Assembly (NCBI GenBank): GCA_002633005.1
Contig: NMRA01000282.1
Location: 163,858 to 227,857, forward strand
DNA length: 64,000 nucleotides
Source: Phoronis australis
Taxonomy: Eukaryota; Animalia; Phoronida
Direction: 5' to 3'
Below the pieces are notes generated by a model, which saw nothing but the letters and a program-made list of their open reading frames with translations, was not told the DNA's origin and ran no database searches. Within the stretch, counting starts at the first letter, position 1. Each line of letters starts with the position of its first letter. The position numbers and the translations under genes are program-made. Below are positions 37,072-51,225 of the stretch, one piece after another.

Positions 37072-38824
37072 CTGGAAGAATTATGGTGAACATTAGTAGA
37101 AATATCCGGTACGTTGCAGTTTCATATTTGATTTGCATTGAACTAGGTGTTTTGCCTATTTTGACGAGATCGTGCGGTTTCCGTCGGTTCAATCAAACTT
37201 GAGCACCACGCACTCGACTTCACGGTTTCGAATTGAGCTTGCGCAGTGTGTGCCCACAAGCGTGATGGCAATAAACAAGCCAATGTTTACACTGTGCTCT
37301 ATGCAGATCAGCCAATAAAATGCAGATTTCGGTGAAAATAACGAGAAAATGGCGAAAACAGAACTTGATAATACATTTATGCCACTAGTATGTGAACAGT
37401 GCTGGGATATTTAGATTCAGAATCATTCAGATTGGTCATGAAGCATGCCCGCACCCAGAGGGGGGCTCGGGGGGCTCTAAAGAGCCCTCCCATTTTGGCG
37501 AAGTGGGCACAAAAGGTTCGCCGCAGAGAAACAAAAATTCCGAAAAAAGTAGAAAACGAGACAAAAGTCCACTAAAAATGCAGGAACTAACAAAATTCGG
37601 CAAATGCACCATTCATAGCTCTGAACGTACCCCGTGAACCTTAGTAAAAGGTTCACAGTCAATTCGATCCCCCCCTCCCCCACACACACATTTTTAGGCT
37701 GGGTGCAAGCATGTGAAGTTAGCTATATTCCCTCGGATTCGTTGGTAGCTGATGCCGGGCGATAATGCAAATTTGTGATGGTAAATGGTTTAACGCTTCA
37801 ACTGTAATTTAACACTTGCTTTTACCTGACAGTGTATCGAGGGCTAAGTAATACTTTCAATACTCATCTGGGGTAGACGTGGTGGAGACGTGGCTCACCT
37901 TGTAAACTATGTATTTTTCACCGTCAGCATCGGCGTTTTATAATGCAAAAGGAGGTTTTCAGGAAAATGAGTTTGTGACAATCTTGAATATGTTGGGAAT
38001 GACAAAAATTGCAGTATTCTGAAAATCTAGTATTGATCGTTTGAAAATATTAGTTAAAATCTCTCACTTTTGCGTCTTTTGATACTGGAAACGCATTTGA
38101 ATTGATTTGTTTATCCTACACATTCAAGATGGTGGACGAAAACGTAGATTCCTCTTTTCATTAGTTGTTAATAATGTGAATTACGAGGGATCCATGACAC
38201 TGTTTCTAACACCGTCCGGATGCTTCGTTGAAGAATGAAAATTATGAAAAAGAGCATTTTTAGATAAATGTCTATAATTGTGTACAATTCCTTCATGAGG
38301 CTTAAAAACGGCTTTCTGTGTATCATTGAACAAAACTGTAAAAATTTCAATAAATTCAGCGAGTTTACTCAAAATGTTCGACTGTAATGTAGAAACTGAA
38401 TCTATTGTGAAAACTGGACGATGTACAATCGCAAATCGCTGAGATAGTTTTTTCAAATTTCCTTGTATCACAACAATTGAAAAGAACTAAAACATTTGGT
38501 ATTACGTGATTTTGTGTTGTTCTTATTAATCAAAATTTGATATTTTAAATCCTAGAGGCTGTCTCGCCATCGTTCTCAGAACGCCCAAGCCCACCTGAAC
38601 CATTATCTCGATGAAACTGGCTGCGTACTAACGGAAGTGAGCAACTTTGACCACAAAAACATGCTGCGAACGCGGCACGGTCCACATGGTTCTTATTCAA
38701 ATTGTGCAACGCCAAATTGGTTCCAACTCAGTTTTTGTCTCGTTTTCGCGATTGCGCTGAAAACTGCCTTGGTTCGACAGGGCCCAAAGTCTTTTACATG
38801 ACTAATTTGTTGTAAACTCCTCAC

Positions 38825-38968
38825 CATCTGCGTCAACGTCTTGCAACAACATCTCAAGTTCATCTTGTGTTGGATTTTGACCCAGCGCCCTCCAAACGTC
38901 GGCGAATTCATCAACTGATATGCTTCCGCTGCCGTCTTTATCGAATATGGCGAAGACAGAATAAATCT
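38825..38968 (-). CDS. Calmodulin/troponin-C-like gene exon 2 (EF1 and start of EF2)
   Basis: IFDKDGSGSISVDEF...LGQNPTQDELEMLLQDVDAD; 144-nt phase-1/phase-1 exon as in animal calmodulin genes; ttttcag acceptor, GTGAG donor. Confidence 0.95.
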
Positions 38969-41900
38969 CTGAAAAGTTACGGAAGCAGTTATAAACCCGA
39001 TGTGTCAAAAATAATTTTGCCATTGCATTACAACTTACCGTTATAAAATTGGTCTCACATTTTCACTCATTTGAAACTAGGTTGCGTTTTATGAGCCCGG
39101 AAAGATCTGGCTGGTCGTTGTTGCTTTGGACCAGCTTATATTTAAAGCTGCCGTGAATCCGACTCCCATCCAAAACAGACCAAACTTTGATTTAGACCAC
39201 TTTCCGTTATGAAAGTCATGTTTTTTCTCAGAAACAATTTCTGGGTTTGAGAAGAACCACACAGTCGTTTAAGCAGAAGTGAAATAGTCCGCCAAAACAG
39301 CTACGTTCTCTTTCACGGATTGCCGAACCCTGTTTTAGCCGGTATCTGTGCCTGATATATTGCCTCTTTAATATGAAATGTAGGGTACTTTAATACTACT
39401 TATTTGAAGCACTATGTCGAAGTTTATTATCTAATGGAATAGTTATTATAATTCTCAAATTTCCAAACTCGCGGGAAATTAGCTGTGTGGCCTACAAAGT
39501 CACCTGAGTTAACACTGTATCAGTTGGTAGTGGTTAACCGCAATACTGGGTTCTTCGATAGTTGATCAGTCAAAATACAATCTTCTGGATGTGGCTAGAT
39601 GGGGTCTGTGTTCTTCATCTTTACCGTCCTCGCTGGAATCTTCCGATAACGATGTTGTTTTATTCACATACCGCGCATGTTATCCCGGCAAAATGTTCTC
39701 ACTAACACTGTATTAATTGTTTACATTTAGTGGACTTGCAAACAGTGGCTCAATGGTTTCATTTTGCTCAGGTTATTCTCTACATCACTTACATGTACAT
39801 CGGAGCTTATTTACGCCAAATAGTCTTTGTGTGTAGATAGATGTCACTTCTTACGGCCCATACATGCATAATTACATGTACATCGCACTCAAATCAGAAA
39901 CTCGTTTTCATTCAAAACGAACTATTGAATTAGATCACTTGTCCGTTACTCAAGTGATCGTTAACTGTTCTTTCGGGGCCGTGAAATCATCTGACATGAA
40001 AACTCTCATCGGAGTAAGGAACAAGTTGAGACCAATTTTGCATGGGTACGTGGTGTTATTCAAAAGTAATTATGTTTGATGGAAAGAGATGCTCTAATTG
40101 GATTGCGGTATTATTATGCATTAATGGACCTGTCGTGAAATTTGAGACCAATTTCACATTGTTAGATAAAAAGTTATTTTTGTGCTGAAAAGTGGTTTTA
40201 TAGTGGAAAACTTTTGATTTATACCACTTGCCGAAAAAATTGTGCTCAAATTTCCCACCCTTACTTGTTGATTTCGGGTTTGCAAAGAATTCAGTGTTAT
40301 TTTCCCGACCATACTTGGCGCTTTAAATGACACTCCGTGACAAGCCAACTTGAAGAGCCCGGTCTCAAGCAATAGCGAACGATCAGTTCTTCGGAAACCT
40401 TGGAATCGCCGTCACTCTGACTAAGCAAGAATTTGTGGTCGATTCTGTAATCGTAAGTGGTCTAAATTGGATGTTGGTTTTTGCTATGCAAGGAGGGTTC
40501 GCAGTCGCTTTCAGTATCAAACGAGCACGGTGCCGTGAAGAGAAGATTTACTGACAAATGAAATAACCAATTTGTAAAGCACGTGTTTTTCGACTGCGAA
40601 TGTGCCATAATGACCGTAATATGTTTAGCAGTAATGAGCTCCTAGCTTTAATTAAGAATTGACCACAAACTAGATCTTGACGTAAGTGTTCTTAAAATAC
40701 CCTTAATGACTACAATCGCTTGGCTCTTATCCCATTTTTATATGTAAATCATAAATACATTCTTTAATGATGTTGAATACGCCAAGCTTCGAACGAAATC
40801 AATAAATCTTAGTAGGTATAGTTTTGACCGCTTAAGCAACCATATCGAGAAGAATTTCAAGGCACAAAACAACCGATGTTTTCAGGTCAAGACATCAACT
40901 TTTGACTTAGACAAAGACGCCGTTATAAAAATCTCAACTTGTTTCCGGTCCATATTAAATGAGATCTTTCTGAGCCTCGCCTAGAAGAGTTAATAATAGT
41001 TATTGTTCTTTATAAATCGCTGGAGGCGACAGAGAGAAGCAAATTAACGTATAGGTTGATTACAACAAAATTTGTGCTCCAAAACTGGAAACATTTCATA
41101 GAATGTTTTGCACAGGCGCGTTCAGGAGCGGCCGCCTAACACCCGCCCCCCTTCCTCTCCTGGCCTAACACCCCCCCTCCCTGGGTGAAGAAGAGTTGCT
41201 ACATGTTTTACAAAGGTACGTGATTCGATCTTTACGGAAGTGGCATGGAAAGCAACTTCAAATTACGAGCTGTCTGGACGAGTCAGTCTCAACATTAAAG
41301 ACTCAATGACTCAACAAGATCCCCTATAGTTAGCGAAGCGTTTTGTCCCTTCAACAAGTGTACGACCTGAAAATTTCCGCCATCGATTTACATAGTCACT
41401 AAACACTTTTTAGTCGTTATAGCAAATACAATATGCATTTTATAGACTTTGTATAATGACAATGCGTGCTATTTAGTACCCATTCACCACCTAGAAAAAC
41501 TGTATCACGCCAAAATTCTTTCATAGTACATTATTTTGACAAAACAATCGCACAATAAACAGTTTAACCTTAAACAAACACGTCACTGAAAAATCTGGTC
41601 GGTTACTTCGACGAACAATGCATTACAGACGAACTATGTCAAGCCACATAGTGACTTCGTCAGTGATTCTAAAATTAGTTTCGAGATCACAAATTTGCCG
41701 GTCCTTAAAGACCTCACGAACATGTTTTCAAGGTGCTTATCGTCAATTCAAGAAAAGAACCTGAGATACAGCTGGGAATTCGAGCAAAACTGTGTGCTCG
41801 TGTGCGCAAAGACAAGAATTTTCCAGATTTCCCCCGTGTTTTTGCAAACCACGTGTATGTCATGAAAAGATGATTTTTGTTGCATTGGCTTAAAGCGGCA

Positions 41901-44099
41901 ATAAATCCGCGTACTGTCGAAGAAACTGAATTTTGATTTGAACCACTTGTCTCTATGAATTTGGTCTCAACTTGTTCCTTGCTATGATGAGAAATAATTT
42001 TTGGCATCGGAAAGTATTGACGGTTCGTTATTCCTCGAGACCATGCTCTGAGCATTAAATGACCCGCCGTGACAAGTCAAGCTTGTAGAGCGTAGTTTCA
42101 ACCAATAACCAATTGGTCAACCAAAAACCACACCTATGTTGACTAAAGAAAAGTGGTTTAAATCATTTTTGTGATGGAAGGCGGGATCATAGCAGCTTTG
42201 AGGCACCGCCACCTGAAGACTTGACTGCCCTCGGGCAGACTATGATCTCAAAATTTCCACATAACTCGATTCTTTATTATTTCACGTACACGTACGACCG
42301 GGAATTCGTGATTTAGGTAAAAGAGTTTACAATTTAACAATGTCAGTTTTGGACCTATGATTAAGGCTGCATTTCTCTGCTATTTAGCTGCATTCGAAAC
42401 ACTTTGGGGTTTGCAAAGATTACCGCGCTCATCTGATCTTGAATTATTATCGAATAAGCCGGCAACTCACGGCCATTTTTGAATCTGCTGTTTTAGGGTT
42501 GGACAATCCCATTAAACTCTGAAGCGGTCTTCTTGAGTCTCTGATGGTTGTAGTGTTCTTGTTGGTAACAGAAATAGCTACACAGGGAGAAGTGAAACTT
42601 GAAAAGAAATATATCGACAAAACTTTCCATGATGACATTCGTATTTGGGTCTATGCATACATGTAGGTACACTGCCAGACGTTTTACTGAAAACCTTTGT
42701 AGTTTTATTTCAGTCGATATTTACTACTTGATTATTGACGTGTTGTACATTGTATTTCGTACAATAATGATGTATTTGTAATCAGTTTGGGAGAGTCTGC
42801 AGACGCCACGGCACTCGCCATTAACAGTCACGGTGAATATACAAATTTCTTCATAATTCAACGGAAGGGCCTTGATTGATTTTAGATAACGAGAAATAAT
42901 GTATTAATGGATAAAATTGCGCATTAGAGACCTTCTAATGCACCATGGCTTCAACTTGTCTTGACATATAGGACCAAAATATAACTAAACGACAAATACA
43001 CATGTAGTCTGGAAAACTCAATTCAGCTTCAAATAGTAAAAACACAATTCGTTGCAACCACAGCTTTTGTTCAATTTTAATACCGAAACTGGGTGCACCT
43101 GAAATTAAAATGGCGTAATTCATTTCATTAATATTTCATTGGGCTTGCATAGCCTACACAGTCAGCGGGTTCTAAATCAGATACAAAACACAAGGGGCAT
43201 CTATATCGCGTGACACCGACAGGCTAAGTAAAATAATACTGAAATCCAGTTCTTAGGGTATTAAGCGATCAAATGTGTTCATTTAAACATAGTATACTTT
43301 GCTTTGTCTTATGTAAAACGACACTGTTTTTCATCTTGCTCATAACTGAGACTCATGTTTTGTGACACGGGAGTAGAACGAACAACGCGCGTGTAATGCG
43401 ACATTGAGATGAGATTTTCATAACCAGCAGGCACGTAGTTCTCTCGGGTGTTTTGAATAGAGACGCAATATTTTTCGTCGGTATTAAAGAATCGAGGCAA
43501 CATTAGGTTTGTAAATTTTACGACTGATTACATTTTGATCCCTCCGGTAGCCATATTGCATGCAATCGCCTTTTAGGCATGACGTAAGTCTACACGGATA
43601 ATACAGTTTGTGAAATCTAACACAGACATTTATTTGGTTTTGAATTCCAGCGAATTACTTCTCTCCCATGTTGCTCTGCAGAGCGTCGGTGAATAATTTG
43701 CTCGCGTAAATATCGCCATCATTCGTACATTTTGAAGTCTTTTAATACACAACACACGACTCAACTGAACCAATGAGCAATGATAGCTCATTGACTGACC
43801 AGATTCCTTCCTGATATCCACGTGTCGGACAAATAAATGGAATACAACTAAATATCACTAACCAAGGTTTATTTACCTGACCCGCGAACACCTGTTACTC
43901 ATTAATTTCTGATTCCATTTTAATACTAATTGGTCAATTTTTGTTTGGAAAAAGCGTTTGGTTAGGATGCTTTGAAATTATCTAAAGTAACTGACAGTAT
44001 TCTAGTTGCTAGTAACTGCTACGTAATTACCTTGGACAATTATTCACACACTACTAGAGTATGAGATATCTCATTAGTAATATTGTTCCAACATGCTAC

Positions 44100-44190
44100 C
44101 TTCTATTTTGTTGTCGCTCATATTTTGGACAGCTTCGGACGCGCCATCTCTCACAGCCTCGTAATCCAGCTCGTAATCCGCGTTGGACAT
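44100..44190 (-). CDS. Calmodulin/troponin-C-like gene exon 1 (MSNADYELDYEAVRDGASEAVQNMSDNKIE)
   Basis: gccgccATG Kozak context, GAAG|GTAG donor; 91 nt, phase 1. Joining gives ...AVQNMSDNKIE-EIYSVFAIFD, matching the helix before EF1. Confidence 0.75.
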
Positions 44191-45303
44191 GGCGGCGAGG
44201 TATCCCTAGTTCATCTAGACGTTAACACTAACGAGCTTGCGGATAAAATAGGTCCCAGCGTCTAAATCCAATAGTTCACTAACTCAGTAATTCTTTTGCC
44301 GCACGCAGATTGCTACTGGATACGATACGCCTCAAGAGTACCTGCCGAAACCAAATCCTAAAGCGGAATAATAGAATCAATAGAAATGCTCATTACACTG
44401 GGTTTAGGCGAGAATAAAAATCAACCTTTCCACGAGTGACTGGATTCCACCGCAATCGGTAATAATCTGTAAGTTTCGCTGCCTCGGCGCAAGACGTGTT
44501 CGGTGGATTGCAGTACTGCGCGCACAGTGCTTCCTAAATGCACTCGCGTCAATAATCAAATTGCCGGGACGAGTAATAGGAAGCAGGAGGACTATCAAAA
44601 AATTACAGATACACTTTGCGCAGTCTCTCTCCCCTGTGCAATACAATTGGTGCTCGTGGATCGATGTGAATGTTCACTTATGTAGCGGTAGAAATTCACT
44701 ACTAATGAACCGATTCTAATTAAGGTCAACCAACCAACATTCGTTGGAATACACTTTGTGAAGATGCCGAGAGTGGCGCATACCCATTGAGACCGGGGGT
44801 TTACTGATGGCAAAAATTCTTTTAATTTATGGCGGTCTCCTTAATTTGAAACATCGCATCTTGTCGGCAAAGGGTAGAATTTACAAAATTTCGATTTGTA
44901 AGAATATTTTCAGCGTGAAAATATTTACAGACTTTTAGACACTGTCGATTTACATTATATAATGGCAAAATAGTCTCGTTTGTTTTAATTAATATAACAG
45001 ACATGACCACTTTAATGTTGTGAAAACGTATCTTGTAGTCTCCCAAAATTTAAAGATTTTACCCTGGTGTGACTTACAGGGTTCAGGAGCCATGCACATT
45101 GCTGATTCGAATTCAGTTTTGATCTCAAAAGCGTATTGTTACGACTGTTTCTAACAACTGTTTATAAGAGCTTGACGAGTCGTTTTTACGAACGACTTTA
45201 TTTTCAAATGGGGTTAGGTAAACAGTAACGCGCCTAGAACATAAAAGACAAATTGCAAAGCCATTTGAATTGCGCGACGCAATTACAAAACACCAGTTAA
45301 AGC

Positions 45304-46299
45304 AATGATAAAGAGTTACGAAAAATTATACATTAAAAGTGGTGCATTAAAAGTTACAACATACTGCAAAAGAACTGGTTCAATACGCTTTAACCACATA
45401 AGAAATCGTGGGTTTAAAGAACTCTGATAAAGCTATAAAAACAAATTGTTGATCCCGTTTCCCAAAATCAACTCTTCACTTTTGCGGAGGCAGAAAAATG
45501 CACTGAATGATCGGCATCAACATTCGAAAGGAAGTGCCGCTAACACATTTCTCAGCTGAGTCGGATAAGAGAAGAAGGTTTCATCAGTCGTGTTTCATTC
45601 GGCTTTTCATTTTGTGTGCCTACATTGCAACTCACCTGTATGCAATAATAAAAGTGTATTGGCATGAAAGTGACAAAAACGACAATCTAACTTACATGGA
45701 AAATAGCGAATGCGCAACACTGTGGGTAAATACGGCAGAATCAGAATGGGTGCGGTAGCACTCCGGGAAATGGATAATGGCTTGCGTACACCCCCCCCCC
45801 CCNAATGATAAAGAGTTACGAAAAATTATACATTAAAAGTGGTGCATTAAAAGTTACAACATACTGCAAAAGAACTGGTTCAATACGCTTTAACCACATA
45901 AGAAATCGTGGGTTTAAAGAACTCTGATAAAGCTATAAAAACAAATTATTGATCCCGTTTCCCAAAATCAACTCTTTACTTTTGCGGAGGCAGAAAAATG
46001 CACTGAATGATCGGCATCAACATTCGAAAGGAAAGGCCGCTAACACATTTCTAAGCTGAGTCGGATAAGAGAAGAAGGTTTTATCAGTCGTGTTTCATTC
46101 GGCTTTTCATTTTGTGTGCCTACATTGCAACTTACCTGTATGCAATAATAAAACTGTATTGGCATGAAAGTGACAAAAATGACAATCTAACTTACATGGA
46201 AAATAGCGAATGCGCAACACTGTGGGTAAATACGGCAGAATCAGAATGGGTGCGGTAGCACTCCGGGAAATGAATAATGGCTTGCGTACCCCCCCCCCC
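45304..46299 (+). repeat. Near-identical 0.5-kb tandem duplication around a single n (45803); probable assembly or haplotype artifact
   Basis: 45304-45802 matches 45804-46299 with a few substitutions; the first copy ends in a poly-C run at the n. Confidence 0.85.
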
Positions 46300-49200
46300 T
46301 TCTCTCTTCGTTTCATAAACCGCAGGTAGTGTTTTCTGACGTCGGTGGATTTTGCTTGTGCTAAAAATAAGCTGGAAGGAATAATGAGGTTAAGGCGACG
46401 CAAAAGCATCCAACAACTGGTTCTTAAATCTACCTGCTGTTCACGACTCCGTGCAGTACTTTCTCTGCACCACTATTGTACTCTCGTTTCACGCTTTCTA
46501 CTGCTGTATGGAGGTTGCGTGCTCAATTACAGTCATAAGTAGTTTTGCGAAAACTTGAGTCAGATATCGAAGATCCTGGGGTTTGGAGGTTTCACGATGG
46601 GAAAGTAGGTGATTTTGGAGACGAGTGCAGAGGCGCCACCTGACGACGTTGGGAACTAGCCAAGTGCCCCGGGCAAGACCTAAATCTCAACAAACTTACC
46701 GGCTTTGTTTGTAAACAATATCCTATGAAAGAAACGTAATTCTTATTTCAAGTCTTTGAATTTAATTCAAATTTTACGTAGGGTTACAATTATTCAAAGC
46801 CAATCGGTCCTATAACGGTGTACAGAATGTACTCAGCCACAAAATTCAGACACTAGAATCCTACAAAAGAGCATTAGACTGGTGTATTTACACATGTTAT
46901 TTTCCAAATTTAGACCTCGCGCAATTCTAGTCGAAATCTGTAACTGGAGGCGTGTTATGCTCTGCAGACTTTAAGTCGAAACCCGCACGAGGACGAAGTC
47001 GACTCCGGGCGTTGATTTGTTTATCTCTAACTTGTAAGTCGAGTCGAGCAGGAAACGCTTGTTGGCATCTGCGTTCGAGTCCGTAGATTGAATCTCGGAG
47101 CCTGGATGAATGATTGGCTGACTAACTTAGTTATGAAATTTAATGCATTGGAACTATCATGCACCTGCGTTTTAGAAAGTACGTCCTTTAAGTTAAAGAG
47201 ATTGTATCCGTTTCATTTCCGTTGTAAATTTCATGAAACGAATCCCAGAACAATCAAATTAGTCTAATCGTCCTTGGAAACGAACGACTATTCCAAAATG
47301 GTTAGATTATGAAAGACCCTAGAAAAAAAATGCCCACATTTGGATACCTTTGGAACATCATGTCTAAGAAACGGTTTGTCGGATTCGCATGAGACTTTCA
47401 GATACTATGCTTTATGCGCTGTTCTCCAAAAAGTGTTTAGGAATTTTCTTCGAAAACGTCCACTTTTCCATGAGAAGCTATCAAAATAGAACTTACATAA
47501 TTTCTATGAAAAAAATCAAGAGTTGCATGAATGAAAATTAAATCATATTTTTGAAAACTGCAGCGTTGTTTTGAACTTTCGTCTTGAATATTCATATCAA
47601 ATGCTATTTGGCCATGTTATTGATACCGTTTTGCTATGAATGTTATGGTCACGTGACCGAGTTAATGACAGGTTGGTACAGAGTAAAGCATTCTACAGGC
47701 TTTCTGTTTTCAGTAAATTTGTCATCATTAGCAATATATCTTCATATCTGCTGATTAATTAGCCAGAACATTTGCTAAATGCGTTTCTGCATCGTTTAAC
47801 TAAAAAATCAGGTGTTAAAGTGTTTATGGATATTTTTAGTGGAAGGAAATATTGAACGGGCGTTCAGTTCAAGGAATACGTTAGTTCTGCTCGTTCGCTA
47901 ATTACAGTCGTAGATGAAAAATAAAAAGGATGAATTAAGAGAATGAAACACAGTCGTGCAAAATTGCACTTCATGAACGAACAAAGTTTTTTATGGACCC
48001 CGAAACAAATAGAAGGTGAAAGCAACCACGTGTACGTACAAGACTCAAGTCAAACCTTTTAAATAAATTTGAATTCAAGTTCCTAGAACAATCGAAAATC
48101 GCATGCACACGCCTTCAATTCAGTGGACATTTTGCGTCATCACTGAGTTGGTGTTCTTTTGCGGTTCGCGTGCCCTCCTCGAATGACTCGATCAGAAACC
48201 ACTGTATACTGTTTCGTTGATCTTGCCTGTGTTTGTGTGTCGGACGTTTTATAACCACTTGCAGACAAAAAAGTAGTCAAAAACAAAATTCTAAAGCTAT
48301 CGAAGAAAACGTGCAATACGTCTATACTATACATGCAAACTTCTGTCTCTAATTGTCAGAAATCGGTATATGTACCTCATCATAATTTTGAGATATTTTG
48401 TCTCAGGCCTTCAATTGGACAAATAGCCAGCAGCCATTGTTTCGTAATAGTATGCTTACACGAAGCAGGATGACGTAAAGATCAAACGTTTCTGTTTGAC
48501 TACATAACAGCAATGTGAAGCATTTATGGACCATTACGAGGACGCGAGAAACGCGTTGTGCAGGCGCATATTCGGCTTATGGTCTCATGTGGATGCCGCG
48601 AAATTAATCAGTTATATGAAACTAAAGTGATTGAAAATCTGTAGGATTGTATTTCCTTTTCAATTGACACACAAAAACGCCTTGTTTAGCTGAACCACGC
48701 ACACGCTCTTTATTCTTTCAACTACGACGTGAGAAAGTCTGATAAATTGGACAAATACCCGTGGATGCGTGTTCTGAAATTCTTTGCCTTCCCGACATCA
48801 AGAGAGACACGAAAATGTATTTGATTTCCAAAACGAGATCACGTGCTTTCTAATCTCCGGAACAATGGAGAGTTCTATAGACGTGTAATCCGGGACTGCC
48901 TTATTCTGCGACATTCTTGCACAGTGCCACTCCTCCGGAGATAACGCTGTGAAATCATGGACCTTTTGTGTTTCCTCTAACGCATGTCTACAATTACGGA
49001 TTGTGGGAAACACGGCCAATTTAGGACACAATATTCCGTACAGACGAAACATTTTTTTATAAATGATACACCGTGCGCTATATTCTATTCACTACCACAG
49101 TCATGAACAGTCAAATAATTTGAAAAAATGTGGACATTCTCAACCCATGAAACAGATTGTATATAGCTAGTTCTCACCAATGTTAGTAGTCCTTAAACAA

Positions 49201-50404
49201 TTTTGAAAAGTGCAATTTGGCAATTATTTTTGTCTGAAATTGGTGAGATTTTACCGTATAGGTTTGGTCTACGTACTCTACTTGAAAAGCATTGTAAGTC
49301 AATTAAACACTTTTCGGAATCAAAAAATGATACTTATGTGGTATCGGTACAACGAATAATCTTTTACTGACATAAAGTTAGAATTCGAGCGTCTTATCTT
49401 AAAAATCGTAAAATCAAAGGCCTCAGGTTCAAACAAGAAAAATGGAATTTTGGCAATTGGGTTTACTTACATCAAGTTTTCAAGCTCGGTAAATTTCTGA
49501 ATTAAGGTTGTGTTGGACCTTATTGACATTTCTATACACTTAGCCAAATATCTACAAAACTATAGAATTTAACTTGGCAAAAGTATACATTTTCTAACAT
49601 TAGAAATCATTCCGTTTTTGACCTTTCTTTTTAGGAGAGTTTAGCAAAAGGAAGACAAATTGACATCGAGAAGAAGTTCAATAACACGATCAAATTTTAT
49701 AGGATATAAGCCTAAAAAACGCTGTTATGATTTTCTAAATTATCGTTTAGTCTTAGTTTTATGCAACTAATATAACTATAAATATAGTTCGGTAGCAGCC
49801 CTTCGTTTGCACAAACTTCGTTGAAAACACGACTAGACTTCTTGTTTGCAAGCTTGATACTGTTACGCTCGACTGTTCCGAAACTACGAGCGTACCAGTT
49901 TTAAGCTTGCACACAAAAAGTCCAGTCATGCTTTTAACGAAACTACAAATATCATAAAGTCTTATTTTTGAGACACCCTCATGCAACAGTGGGGCATTTT
50001 TAAAGTAACTCATAACAGCTTTATAACGAGAGAGAGTCTCGTTATAACGCGTTATAACGAGATAGTGTCTCGTTAAATAGTCGACGATTTTTTTCAGTTG
50101 CCTTAAGCTCCGCTGTAGGAGAACAGTGCATAAACACAGTGTCTGAAATTTCTGAATCTGACCAGCCATTTCTAAGATACGAAGAAGATTGCCAAAATGA
50201 AACATTTCTCTAGGGTCTTACATATCATTACCACCAATGTCTGTTCAGGCGTATTTATTGCATATCGATTGTTCAAATGTGAAAGTTTCGTTAATCGCTA
50301 TCCACACACGTAGTCACAACCTGATGTAAACGATGAATAGATTAGGGCCGCCATGGGGTCACGTGGGCTCGGTGCTAAAGTTCGAAGTGTTGAAAACGGT
50401 ATTG

Positions 50405-50734
50405 TCTTTTTTATGCGCCCACATATTTATATGTGGACGCATTATGCCGTCATCTCCGTCCGTCCGTCCGGGCGTGCGGCGTCCGGCGTCCGCTGCTCTA
50501 TCTCCAAAACCCTTTGACATACGTTCATGAAATTTGGCACATATGTTCCATTCATGAATGGGACGGCATGTGCGAACTTTCGGACGGATCCGACTACCGG
50601 TGTGCCCCCTAGTGGCAATTTTAGTTTTTTTTACGCTTACCTTTGTATCTTCAAAAGTCCTGAATGGATTTTCATGAAATTTGGTATGTAGGCACCTATT
50701 AGTGAGATGACGCTATCCTCCCGTTTTCGGATGG
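50405..50734 (+). mobile_element. Helentron/DINE-like non-autonomous repeat running into the gap
   Basis: Starts in a T run (tttttatgcgcccac), then a (TCCG)n microsatellite and repeated ttcatgaaatttgg blocks. Confidence 0.5.
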
Positions 50735-51225
50735 NNNNNNNNNNNNNNNNNNNNNNNNNNNNNNNNNNNNNNNNNNNNNNNNNNNNNNNNNNNNNNNNNN
50801 NNNNNNNNNNNNNNNNNNNNNNNNNNNNNNNNNNNNNNNNNNNNNNNNNNNNNNNNNNNNNNNNNNNNNNNNNNNNNNNNNNNNNNNNNNNNNNNNNNNN
50901 NNNNNNNNNNNNNNNNNNNNNNNNNNNNNNNNNNNNNNNNNNNNNNNNNNNNNNNNNNNNNNNNNNNNNNNNNNNNNNNNNNNNNNNNNNNNNNNNNNNN
51001 NNNNNNNNNNNNNNNNNNNNNNNNNNNNNNNNNNNNNNNNNNNNNNNNNNNNNNNNNNNNNNNNNNNNNNNNNNNNNNNNNNNNNNNNNNNNNNNNNNNN
51101 NNNNNNNNNNNNNNNNNNNNNNNNNNNNNNNNNNNNNNNNNNNNNNNNNNNNNNNNNNNNNNNNNNNNNNNNNNNNNNNNNNNNNNNNNNNNNNNNNNNN
51201 NNNNNNNNNNNNNNNNNNNNNNNNN
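50735..51225. other. Assembly gap (n run)
   Basis: 491 n bases. Confidence 1.

Noticed and set aside
39039-39076. Possible mini-exon just upstream of EF-hand exon 2 with a strong GTAAGT donor
   Set aside because: It contains an in-frame stop or the wrong phase as assembled; the exon at 44100-44190 gives a clean in-frame N-terminus.
42424-42476. ATGGCC|GTGAGT and ATGAGCGCG|GTAATC as alternative first exons of the EF-hand gene
   Set aside because: Both are phase 0 and do not match the main phase-1 acceptor at 38968; they cannot be supported without transcripts.
45304-46299. 0.5-kb tandem duplication as a biological event
   Set aside because: The copies abut a single n after a homopolymer run, typical of unmerged contig overlaps.
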